From Mobula hypostoma (lineage: Eukaryota), in NCBI RefSeq assembly GCF_963921235.1, contig NC_086108.1:91204001-91268000 (forward strand): a stretch of DNA of 64,000 bases, read 5' to 3'. The notes below the pieces were generated by a model, which was given only the letters and a program-made list of their open reading frames with translations, was not told the DNA's origin and ran no database searches. A program made the translations under genes and the position numbers. This document shows, piece by piece, positions 36,538 through 47,220 of the stretch. How positions within the stretch are numbered: position 1 is the first letter of the stretch; each line of letters opens with the position of its first letter.

Positions 36538-36778
36538 TCTCTTGAAGTACTTCATGAAGGTGAATGTCAGAACCATGGAAGAACAACAATAATTAAACGC
36601 TGTTTTATCTAACAAAAAATACTTCCGTTTGATAATAGATCTTATGAAATCTATCGACTTTAACAAGGCAACCTAGGGAAAATGTACAGAGTTACTTGTT
36701 TCTCTTAAGATTTTATCAATTTTTGAGGTATTATCATATGAAAGCACTTAGCAACAAAGCCATCTGTTCCATCATCTA

Positions 36779-38312
36779 TATCAATGATTTGGATAATGGA
36801 ATAGATGGTTTTGTTGCCATGTTTGCAGATGATATGAAGATTGGTGGTGGGGCAGGTAGGCTGCAGAAGGATTTAGACAGATCAGGAGAATGGGCAAGAA
36901 AGTGGCAAATGAAGTACAAAATTGGAAAATGTATGTGTAACCCTCAGGCTCGGCTATGGGAAAACAACTTCTGGCCCCACCAAACTGAGAAATCTCGTTT
37001 GTGTGGATGCTGCGTGATGTGTTGCCCGGTTACAAATCCACACGGCAAAATATCAAACAGTCATAATATGCGATTAAACGATTGAACTTCATAAATCTTA
37101 ATCTGGATACAGGGTCAGTAAAGAAAATAAAAAGTAAACGGGCCTATTTTAAGGAAAAAGTCTATTGTGCATCGTTGGAGCTCACTGTTCGTTCATTTGT
37201 TCCCATCTACCTTCAAGCATAGCTGGCCCTTGGACCCTCACTCCTCAGTCCACTCCGTCTGGTGGTCTTCCAACTCTCTCCATTCATGTCCTCTCTCTCC
37301 ATCGCTACCCGATGAAAGATCGTGAAAAACCCAGCTTCGAGACGCACAAGAAACAACAACATTTCCTCATTGGCTAACCCCTGCATTACAAAGCCCAGTT
37401 ATCTCTAGCCATAACCGAAACATTGATGCTACAGAGAAACCATAACAGTGGAACATTACATAGAAGCCATTACAATAGTCTTAACAGTGAAACCTTACAG
37501 AGTGTTACCCATGGTCATGCACTTTGGTAGTAGAAATAAATGTTTAGAGTATTTTCTAAATGTGAAAAAAATCAAAAATCTAAGATCCAAGGGGCTTGGG
37601 AGTCCTTGTGCAGAACACCCTAAAGGTTAACTTGCAGGTTGAGATTGGTGGTGAGGAAGGCAAATGCAATGTTAGCATTCATTTCAAAAGGCCTAGAATA
37701 GAAGAGCTGAGGCTTTATAAGGTACTGGTGAGGCTTCATCTTGAGTATTGTGAACAGTTTTGGGCTCCTCACCTAAGAAAAGATGTGCTGGCATTGGAGA
37801 GGATTCAGAGGAGGTTCACAAGGATGATTCTGGAAATGAAAGGGTTATCATACGAGGAACGATTGATGGTTCTGGGTCTGTTCTTGCTGGAATTTAGAAG
37901 TATGAGGGGGGATCTCATTCTAACCTTTTGAATGTTGCAAGGCCTAAAGGCCTAGACAGAGTAGATATGGAAAGGATGGTTCCCATAGTGGGGAGGGAGG
38001 ATAAGACAAGAGGGCACAGCCTCATGATAGAGGGGGCGTCCACTTAAATCAGTGATGCGGAGAAATTTCTTTTGCCAGAGGGTGATGGACATTGTGGAAT
38101 TTGTTATCACAGGCAGCTGTGGAGGCTAGGTCATTGGGTGTATTTAAAGCAGAGATTGATAGGCTGTTGTTTGGACATTGCATCAAAGGTTACAAGCAGA
38201 ATGCCAGGGAATGAGGTTGAGGAGGGGACAAAAGGATCAACTATGATTGAATGATGGGGCAGTCTCGATGGGCCTATTGGCCTAATTCTGCTCCTATGTC
38301 ATGGTCTTATGT
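36779..38312 (+). mobile_element. CR1 3' fragment interrupted by a solo LTR
   Basis: YINDLDNG...FADDMKIGG; ORF 37596-37931; CR1 tail at about 38310. Confidence 0.88.
36936..37509. mobile_element. Solo LTR (TGTAAC...GTTAC)
   Basis: Splits CR1 at 'ggaaaatgtatg|gtcatgcac'; imperfect 4-bp TSD tatg/catg; short terminal inverted repeat. Confidence 0.78.
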
Positions 38313-38694
38313 TTAATTCCTAAATTTATTTTCAGTTCTGACCAGAAGCACCAAACTCTGTTTTGCTATCTGCTGTTACCTCCTCAGTATTTCCAGCATC
38401 TTATATCTTATGGATTTCCATCATCCTAGAGTTTAGCTTTAAACTTTTACAGTACTAATACTGAAACTGGTACTTTTTAAAAGTTCCAGATTACATAATT
38501 AACCAAATTTAACGTTCCCACCTATAGTTATGGGATATCAACTAGTGTCTCTGGATCATTAAACTAAACTCTGAATATAGTGACACGTAACTTAACCATC
38601 ACACTACAGTTCCTCCTAAATATTTATAAAATACTCTGAGATGTCTTATGCATGAAGGGTTTACTATAAATACAAATCTGTCTTAATTTATTCA

Positions 38695-38755
38695 TTCTCT
38701 CTCTCTCTCTCTCTCATTTCTCTCTCTCCCCCACCCCTCCCCCCTCTCTCTCTCC
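38695..38755. repeat. (CT)n-rich microsatellite
   Basis: Visible dinucleotide runs. Confidence 0.9.
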
Positions 38756-39100
38756 TAACATACACTCAGTATCCACCTTACTTGGTACCTCCTGTACCTA
38801 ATAAAGTGGCCACTGAGTCTATGTCTATGGTCTTCTGCTGCTAGAGCCCATCTACTTCAAGGTTTGATGTATTTTGCATTCGGTGATGCTCTTCTGCACA
38901 TTATTGTTGAAACACATGTTTATTTGAGTTACTGTTGCCTTCCTGTCAGCTTGAGCTAGTCTGGCCATTCACCTCTGACTTCCCTGATTACACAAGGCTT
39001 TTTTGCCCACAGAACTACTGCCACTGGATTTTTTTTCTTTTTTACACCATTTTCTGTAAACTCTAGAGACTGTTGTGCATGAAAATCCCAAGAGACCTGC

Positions 39101-39773
39101 TGTCACGAACCCGACCATTAATTCTCCATTTTCTCCTAATTTCCTTTGATGGCGACACACCTGATTTTCATCAACACCTGCAGTATAAGAACCCCGGCTT
39201 TGCACACACTAGTTGCCAGATCGTTGGTTTTGCCAGTGCGGTAATTAACGTTTCCCGGCCACTTAGGTTTGAGTGTTCTAAGTTTTGCTTCAGTACCGAG
39301 ATTTACCTGTGAAACTCAGTCTCTCCGTGTCAAGGTAAGTTTTCTAAGTACTACTCCAGTTCCGAGATTTACCTGTGAAACTCAGTCTCTCCGTGTCAAG
39401 GTAAGTTTTCTAAGTACTACTCCAGTTCCGAGATTTACCTGTGAAACTCAGTCTCTCCGTGTCAGGGTAAGTTTTCTAAGTACTACTCCAGTTCCAGGGT
39501 TTACCTGTGAAACTCAGTCTCTCCATGTCAAGATAAGTATTCTAAGTTCTACTTCAGCACCGAGGTTTACCTGTGTAACTCCGTCTCTCCATGCTAAGAA
39601 AAGTTTTGTCTGCCGCTTTCCTTTCTACACTCTGTGTCAAGATAAGTTCAGCCTATCTCCTGCTTTCCTGCACTCCCTCCTGTTTGCCATTCAGCGCTCA
39701 CGCCCGCGTCTGCATCCTAACTCAATCTCCATGCCTGTGTCCTGCGTTTGGGTTCGCCTCGTTCATTGCAACA
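39101..39773 (+). mobile_element. Solo LTR (TGTCACG...TGCAACA) inserted in the Tc1 element
   Basis: TSD cctgc/cctga at 39096-39100 and 39774-39778; TATA-like gtataag; 3' motif cctgcgtttgggt shared with the LTR at 13196-14319. Confidence 0.85.
39275..39610 (+). repeat. 66-bp tandem repeat, ~5 copies, inside the LTR
   Basis: Units start at 39296, 39362, 39428, 39494 and 39560. Confidence 0.95.
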
Positions 39774-40571
39774 CCTGAGGTCTCTGAGATAGATACTCAA
39801 CCCACCCCATCTGGCACCAACAATCATTCCATGGTCAAAGTCACTTAGATCAATCATATTTTTCTCCATTCTGATATTTGTTTTGAAGAACAACTGAATG
39901 TCTTGACCTTGCCTGCGTGCTTTTATGCATTGAGTTTCTGCCACGTTATTGGTTGATCAGATATTTCCATTAATGAGCTGGTGTACAGCTGTACCTAATA
40001 AGGTGGCAACAGAGTGTAGTTGTAGCAGTGTTTGGTGGTAATCTCGTAATCCCTTCCATGCTTCTTTCCATAATCCATATAAGACATTCCTTTTCTAAGC
40101 TTCCAAAACTAATATACTTGGAAGTTCCTCCCTAGTTTTCATATTTCTAAAATTCAGTTTTGTTTCAGAGACATGGAATAATTCAAAAACTTTCTATATA
40201 GTTGTTTAATGTGACTGGCCAGGGATAAATTCTCAGTAATACCGCTTTTCTGGTGATTATAAAATGCTCTTCATTTGCTTAATTATTAAAGCCTATTAGT
40301 GGATGCCATTGGAGGGCAGTATTATCTTAATCTCATTACAATATTAACCATAATACAACATGCATCTTCCAAATGAATAAGATCTGCAATATTTTAAAAT
40401 GAATGCTGAAAGTTCTACCAAATATGCTGAGATCCACAAGTCAAAAACTCTGTAGAAACCTAACTACTGGATCCATTTAGGATATATGTCTAATTCTATT
40501 GATGTCAGCTTCTATATTAGTGAAAATAAATATACACAGCAGCCTTCAAAGATTAGCATGCTGTGTAGAGA

Positions 40572-41140
40572 CAAAGATTTGTAGATCCTGTAAATCTGAC
40601 TCTTTACATGAGTTGGCAACAGCACATGACGAACGTTGAGCTCTATAACAACCTACCGATGCTCACCACTAAAATCGAGGTGAGAAGACTGCAACTAGCG
40701 GGCACTGTGTACGCCATCCTGAGCTACCTGCCAGCCTAGTCATCATATGGGAGCCCAAGCTCGGGAGGATGAACCCTGGGCACCCTCCCAAGACTATGGT
40801 CAACACGCTCCTAGGAGACAGCGGCGCGGCTAATGTGGATGAACTGAACACACTGATGAGGGAGAGGGAGAAGTGGAGAGTCCATCATCGTGCCTGACGC
40901 CGGTCCCCTAGACCTGAGTCAACGTAGTAGTAGTAGTGTAAATCTGAAATTTAAAGAAAATACTGGAAATACTCAGTAGATCAGGCAGAAAAACAGAATT
41001 ACTGTTTCAGGTCAAAGACCTTACTTCCTGGGAAATGGCCTTCAACTTGAAATGCTAACTCTTTCATATTTCACAGATGCAGCCTGACCTGCTGAATATT
41101 TCCAGTCTTTTCAGTTTTTATTTCAGAATATCAACATCTC
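40572..41140. repeat. Decayed head-to-head pair of Penelope pLTRs, split by an RTE insertion
   Basis: 'aaatactggaaatactcagtagatcaggc' versus 'gcctgacctgctgaatatttccagt'. Confidence 0.65.
40600..40936 (+). mobile_element. RTE-clade LINE 3' fragment with 11-bp TSD
   Basis: WQQHMTNVELY...RRLQLAG...WEPKLGRMNPGHP...REKWR; (tag)n tail; TSD tgtaaatctga at 40589-40599 and 40937-40947. Confidence 0.9.
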
Positions 41141-41184
41141 CCATTCTTTTTATTTTTGATTATTAAAAGGGAAATGATCATTGC

Positions 41185-42420
41185 AATAGAGTCATAGTAC
41201 ATTACAGCAGAGAAATGGGCCTCTTGACCCATCTAGTCCATGCCAAACTATTAATCTGCCTAGTCTCAATGACTTGCACCCAGGCCAGAGTCCTCCATAC
41301 CCCTCCCATCTTTGTACCTGTCCAAATTTATCTCAAATGTTGAAATCAAACCAGAATTCACCACTTCTGCTGGTAGCTGGTTCCACACTTTCACCACCTT
41401 CTGAGTGAAAGGTTCCTCCTCATGTTCCCCTTAAACAGTTCACCTTTCACCCTTAACCCATAAACCTCTAGTTCTAATCTCAACTAACCTCAGTGGGAAA
41501 ATCCTGCTTGCATTTACCCTATCTATACCCCTCATAGTTTTGTATACCTCTATCAATGTCCCCTCATTCACCTACACTCTATGGAATAAAGTCCCAACTT
41601 ATTCAAACTTTCCCTACAACTCAGGTCCTCAGAATTGAGGGCACTGTGAACAGCAAGGAAGACTATCAAAACTCCAGCAGGAAAAATTGGCTGAAAATCT
41701 CAGATTGCAGTGTGAAGTGTTTGTTACATTTTAGGAGGACAAATCAGGGTAGGATAATGAGCACTAGGATACCAAGGAGTGCAGTAGAACAGAGGGATCT
41801 AGGGATACAGATTGATACTTCCTTGAAAGTGGTGTCACACGTAGATAGGGTCATAAAGAGGGCTTTTGGCACATTGGCCTTCATAAATCAAAGTATTGAG
41901 TACAGGAGTTGGTATGTTATGTTCAAGTTGTACAAAAATTTGGAGCATTGCATGCATTTCCAGTCACCTACCTACAGGAAAGATATCAAAGACTACAGAG
42001 AAAATTTACAAGGATGTTGCAAGGACTTATTTTCCCCTCCTGCCAGTCACCCAGTTGACTGTATCCTGCATGTTGAGTGTAATTACCTCCCTGTATGCCC
42101 TGACGATCAAGCCCTCAAGTCTTCCGAATGATCTGGAGTTCATCCAGCTCCAATTCCTTAGCACAGTCTGCAAGAAGCTGCTGTTAGATTCACTTGTTGC
42201 AGTTGTAGTTGTCAGGAACAAGAGGAGCATTCCACTACCCTCCCTGGCACCCCACTGCTCTAACTGTGCAATAAAAGAGAAAGAAGAAAAATTAAATGAA
42301 AAAAATCTACCTCCAGACTTCGATTCTCTTCGCCAAAGCTTCAATGAGTCTCTAACATGGCAATGTTAAAATAGCATTGTTAGTGTGGAGACAGTGACGT
42401 GAATAGCAAAGTCCTGCAGG
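41185..42420 (-). mobile_element. Rearranged CR1: 3' end (-) 41185-41631, inverted RT piece (+) 41632-42028, ORF1 5' piece (-) 42029-42420
   Basis: CR1 motifs switch strand twice; ORF1 text AYREVIT...NWVTGRRGK on the minus strand. Confidence 0.8.
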
Positions 42421-42804
42421 CCCACTCCAATGACATAAACACGTGCAGGTGAAAGTGCCATCCTTTGTGATCCTGCAGGTCTTCCCCACATTGTAGGGTT
42501 GGTTATATTCTGAGTAGGCTAATTATTATTTGCTTGTCAGCTCATCAGTACGCGGCCCCATCACTGGTTAAAATGATAGATCAAACAAGAAAGAGAGAAA
42601 ACAACTTAGTGCTGGTAGCAGAGAAACAGGTGGAGAAAAGGAATATCTCTGAAAATGTGAGATTAGATGATCTAATTTGGCAGATGAGATCAGATTAAGC
42701 TTCCTTGTCTGTTTTATGTTGCTCATGTTAAGGCTGTGGGACATGTCCATCAGACCAGACGATAAAAAGAAAAAAGAAAAAAATGGAGAAAATAAAGGGG
42801 GAAA

Positions 42805-42930
42805 TCCTGATGAAGGGTCTTAGCTCAAAACATCAACTATTTGTTACCCCCCACAGAAGCTGCCTGACCTGCTGAGTTCCTTCAACATTTTGTGTGTGTT
42901 GTTCTGAGTTTCCAGCATCTGTAGAATATC
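42805..42930 (+). mobile_element. Solo Penelope pLTR-derived copy with decayed hammerhead
   Basis: cctgatgaagggtcttagctcaaaacatcaact...gctgcctgacctgctgagttcc. Confidence 0.75.
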
Positions 42931-43140
42931 CTACATGTAAAAAATATGAGAAACTTATCCAAAATATTGGCAAAGTTGGGTAATTTCTGATACAAGCAGA
43001 AAGAGGGAAGGAGTCATCGGAAGTTGGAAAATTCATTGTTGACTCTGGCTGGCTGCAACATGCCCAGCTGGAAGACGGATTGTTTTCCTCAAGCTTGCAT
43101 TGATACAGAAAGATCAGAGTAGGTCTGGGATGGTGAATTG

Positions 43141-43355
43141 AAGCAACACACACAAAATGCTGGAGGAACTCAGCAGGCCAGGCAGCATCTATGGAAAAAA
43201 GTGCAGTCGACGTTTCGGGCCGAAACCCTTCAGCAAGTCTCATAACCCGAGACGTCAACTGTACTTTTTTCTAGATGCTGCCTGGCCTGCTGAGTTCCTC
43301 TAGCATCTTGTGTATGTTGCTTGGATTTCCAGCATCTGCAGATTTTCTCTTGTTT
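43141..43355. repeat. Head-to-head pLTR pair (~78-bp arms) within an older Penelope remnant (about 42950-43560)
   Basis: 43141-43218 is nearly the reverse complement of about 43245-43322; mutated hammerhead core on the minus strand at 43204-43238. Confidence 0.85.
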
Positions 43356-44783
43356 GAGGTGAATTAAAGTGGTAACTAACCAGAAGGTCAAACTTACATA
43401 GGTTCTGTGCAAAGTGGTCACCCGACTTGCACTTGATGTTTCCAATATAAAGAAGGGCACAATATGAGCATCAAATATATCTTAGAAGCGCAACTGAATT
43501 GTTTCTTCAGCTGGAAGAATGGGGAGCGGTAGCTGGGGATGAAAGCATAGATCAGGGAGTCACAAACAAAGTGATAGCTTCCAAATGCTGAAAGGGGAAG
43601 GGAGCAGAAAATATATGCTCACCCCTCCAGACAAATCCACAACAAAGAATGGGCGGAATCTCACAGGTTGGAGGCAGGGTCTCCTGGACACATTGTGCAT
43701 CTTAACAGGGAAAATCTTCATCCTTTACTCCCCTCCTACTGGAATTTTGAAGGCGCATTCTAAACATTCCTGATTTTCTCCTTAAATCCAGGTAACGCTG
43801 GATTCCATATTTCCATGACGATTGGCTTAGTACTGAAAATGCAAGGACTCTAATGACACCATGTGGTTAAAAAGTAGGTTCCAATTCCTATTGCTGACTG
43901 AAGCTTAGCATGTTCAGCCTGAGCTGCTTTGTGAATAGTGGCTGCAGAGAGAGTGAGAACTCCCTCTGTGGCCATTTCAAGGGCTTCAGAGCAGACCAAA
44001 TACATGAGTCAGTGTGACCAGACAAAATGGTGAGACAAGAAGTTGCGCTGTAGCATTTCCTCCAATAGCAGATACCTACAGTATTAAAATATCTATCAGA
44101 AGAATTGACTTTCAAACTCACTCACTGCCATTTTGCTTTTCAATCTTCCCAATATTTGTAGTCTCTACATGTCCCCTGAGTACAGCATTTATGGTTAAGA
44201 GGCTTAGCTACATTTTCACTTTCTTTCTGCTCCTGAAGGATAGTTCTTTACAGTAAGCTTCCTATTTATAGTCTGCCACGGTTTATAAACTGGATTTTCT
44301 TGCAATACAGGGAAAGCTCATATATAAGAAAGGCATCAGGAGACAGATGATAAAATTAAATTCAATGCTGTTCAGTAGCTTTCATATTTTAATATTGTTC
44401 CCTGCTATACATTTCCATTGACATGCCACATACAAAGAGGCAGTGACTAAAGTGCAGGGAGCAACGCGCACATTAATCACAAGGGTGATTGAACTTGTCA
44501 ACTCAATACTCACTATTGATGGAGAATGAGTGAGGCTAGGGAAGGCAATATTTTAGTTACAATCCACAGAGTGTTTAACAGTGTTTCACCTTTTCTAGAC
44601 ATCGGGATGTTCCTTAAAAAAATGTTAGGTCATAGAACAGAGAAAGTAGAAGTGAAATGAAGATTGGTGAATCGTGAAGTTTGACTCGGAGACAGAACAA
44701 CTTGTATAAAGTAATGCATTTATACAAACTCCAGTTCTGCCTAAACCAGAAAAAAAATATTAAATTGAGAAATCTGAAGCATA

Positions 44784-44877
44784 CACTCCGTGGCCATTTT
44801 ATTAGGTACACCTATACACCTTTTTGTTAATACAAATACCTAATCAGCCAATCGTAGCAGCAACCCAGTACATAAAT
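44784..44877 (+). mobile_element. Tc1 terminal fragment, same family as 38763-40016
   Basis: TA-cactccgtggccattttattaggtacacc...taatcagccaatc. Confidence 0.8.
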
Positions 44878-44880
44878 GTC

Positions 44881-45012
44881 AACACGAGGAATTCCGCAGA
44901 TGCTGGAAATTCAAGCAACACACATCAAAGTTGCTGGTGAACGCAGCAGGCCAGGCAGCATTTCTAGGAAGAGGTACAGTCGACGTTTCAGGCCGAGACC
45001 CTTCGTCGGGAC
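44881..45012 (-). mobile_element. 132-bp Penelope pLTR-derived unit; hammerhead core mutated to CCGACGA
   Basis: Co-linear and near-identical to 2495-2626, with the same end points. Confidence 0.88.
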
Positions 45013-45716
45013 TTCAAGATCTAGATGTTCTTGTACATCAGTCACTGAAAGCAAGTATGCAAGTACAGCAGGCAGTAAAGAAAGCTAATGACATGCTGGC
45101 CTTCATAACAAGGGGAATTGAGTATAAGAGCAAAGAGGTCCTTCTGCTGCTGTACAGGGCCCTGTTGAGACCACACCTGGAGTACTGTGTGCAGCTTTGG
45201 TTTCCAGATTTGAGGAAGGACATTCTTGCTATTGAGGGAGTGCAGCGTAGGTTCACAAGGTTAATTCCCGGGATGGCGGGACTGTCATATGTCCAAAGAT
45301 TGGAGCGACAGGGCTTGTCAGAAGGCTGAGAGGGGATCTTATTGAAACATATAAGATTATTAAGGGATTGGACACACTGGAGGCAGGAAGCTTGTCCCGC
45401 TGATGGGTGAGTCCAGAACCAGAGGCCACAGTTTAAGAATAAGGGGTAGGCCATTTAGAACGGAGTTGAGGAAAAACTTTTTCACCCAGAGAGTGGTGGA
45501 TACATGGAATGCTCTGCCCCAGAAGGCTGTGGAGGCCAAGTCTCTGGATGCATTCAAGAAAGAGATGGATAGAGCTCTTAAAGACAGCGGAATCAAAGGT
45601 TATGGGGATAAGGCAGGAACTGGATACTGATTGTGGATGATCAGCCATGATCACAGTGAATGGTGGTGCTGGCTGGAAGGGCCGAATGGCCTACTCCTGC
45701 ACCTATTGTCTATTGT
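45013..45716 (+). mobile_element. CR1 3' fragment
   Basis: QVQQAVKKAN...RPHLEYCVQ...FFTQRVVDTWNALP; (ctattgt)n tail. Confidence 0.92.
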
Positions 45717-46196
45717 ACATTGATGGTAGGGGTAGGGTCCTGGGGCAGGTCAATGGGAGTAAGCAGATTAAATGGTTCAACAGGGACTAGATGGGCTGAA
45801 GCGCCTGTTTCTGTGCTGTGTTTTTCTCTGACTCTATGCCGCTATTTGTTTCTCATCGGTTGTGAATTTCACAATCCAGATAAAAGTAAAATATTCATTC
45901 CTGCAATAAGGAGGTGTAGATACGTTAAGTAAGTAAAGGCAGATTGTAGGAAAATGTGAAGTTGTCCACAATTGCAGAAAAGGTTAAAAAATTGTTATTA
46001 AATAGTGAAAGACTGCAGAGCTCTGAGATACAAAGAAGCTGGGTGTCCTGGTGCAGGATTCACAAAAAGCTAGCGTGGAAATGCAGTAATTCGGAAAGCT
46101 AACTGAATGTCATAATTTCTTGCTGAGAGAGCTTAATACAAACGTTTGGAGAAAAAGAATGCGCCTATCTATTCAGCCAATCATAGCAGCAACCCA

Positions 46197-47220
46197 ATAG
46201 GTTTCCCCCGCCATCCGAAGGTAGAGCGTTCCTATGAAACGGTTCGTAAGCCAAAATGTCGTAAAGCGAAGAAGCAATTACCATTTACTTATATGGGAAA
46301 ATTTGGTGAGCGTTCGCAGACCCAAAAATAACCTACCAAATCATGCCAAATAACACATAAAACCTAAAATAACACTAAGATATAGTAAAAGCAGGAATGA
46401 TATAATAAATACACAGCCTATATAAAGTAAAAATACTTTTCCACAATCATTACTGAACTGTTTGCCAAAGCGAAAATCTCACGCAAGCGCCATTGGCAGA
46501 AAATCTCACGCAAGCACTGTTGGCAAAAACACTCTCTCCAGTAACCTTTAAACTATGAAGCTGCCAAATCATACCAAATAACACATAAAAATACACAGCC
46601 GATATAAAGTAGAAATAATGTATGCACAGTGTAGTATCACTTACCGGAATCGGGACAGCGCCAAACGCACTGATGATGGTGTTTTAGGCTGAGTCGTCGC
46701 AGGTTGGGTGGTGCAGTGGCCCCCACCCTCTGGACCACCAACCGATACATTGCCGCGAAGCATGCAGGAATGCAGCGGTAGCGGGGAGGCACACAGCACA
46801 TCTTTAAGAAAAAAGCCAAAATAAACGTGCTAATTAATTAGGTGCCGCCCGACACGTAATTGTCGGCCCAGACCAGTGCCGACTGCCAATTGCATCACCT
46901 CTGATCTGGGCCGACAATTACGTGTGTTGCGGCACCTAATTAATTAGCATGTTTATTTCGGCTTTTTTCTTAAAGATGTACTCTGTGCCTCCTGGCTACT
47001 GCTGCATTCTCCGCGAATCGGTACAGTATCTGTCCGCGGCTTGGGGGTTGGAGTGGTGGGACACTGGGGTGTCATTTCGTTGTCTGTTTCCATTGGAGCA
47101 GGCAGCTCATCTTCTCCTATGACTACCCGCCTTGATGTCGAAGGTCGAGGTTCGTTGTCTGCTGTGGCTGATGTGGAAAGCTTGCTTGACTGCTGAGACT
47201 CGTGCATTTTTCTATCATAC
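46197..47220 (-). mobile_element. Tigger/pogo-like DNA transposon, 3' part with internal palindrome
   Basis: TIR-like aggtttcccccgccatccgaaggtagagcgttcc; acidic transposase-tail-like text YDRKMHESQQ...EPRPSTS...EDELP on the minus strand; truncated by CR1 at about 47220. Confidence 0.7.

Larger units (their letters stand above)
38763..40016 (-). mobile_element. Non-autonomous Tc1/mariner DNA transposon
   Basis: TA on both sides (38761-38762 and 40017-40018); TIR cactc..tggccac.ttattaggtac; paired-like HTH remnants DLSDFDHGMIVGAR and LLGFSCTTVSRVYRKW. Confidence 0.88.

Noticed and set aside
39275..39610. Possible CRISPR-like array
   Set aside because: Units are contiguous 66-bp repeats with no unique spacers, inside an LTR, in a vertebrate context with no cas genes.
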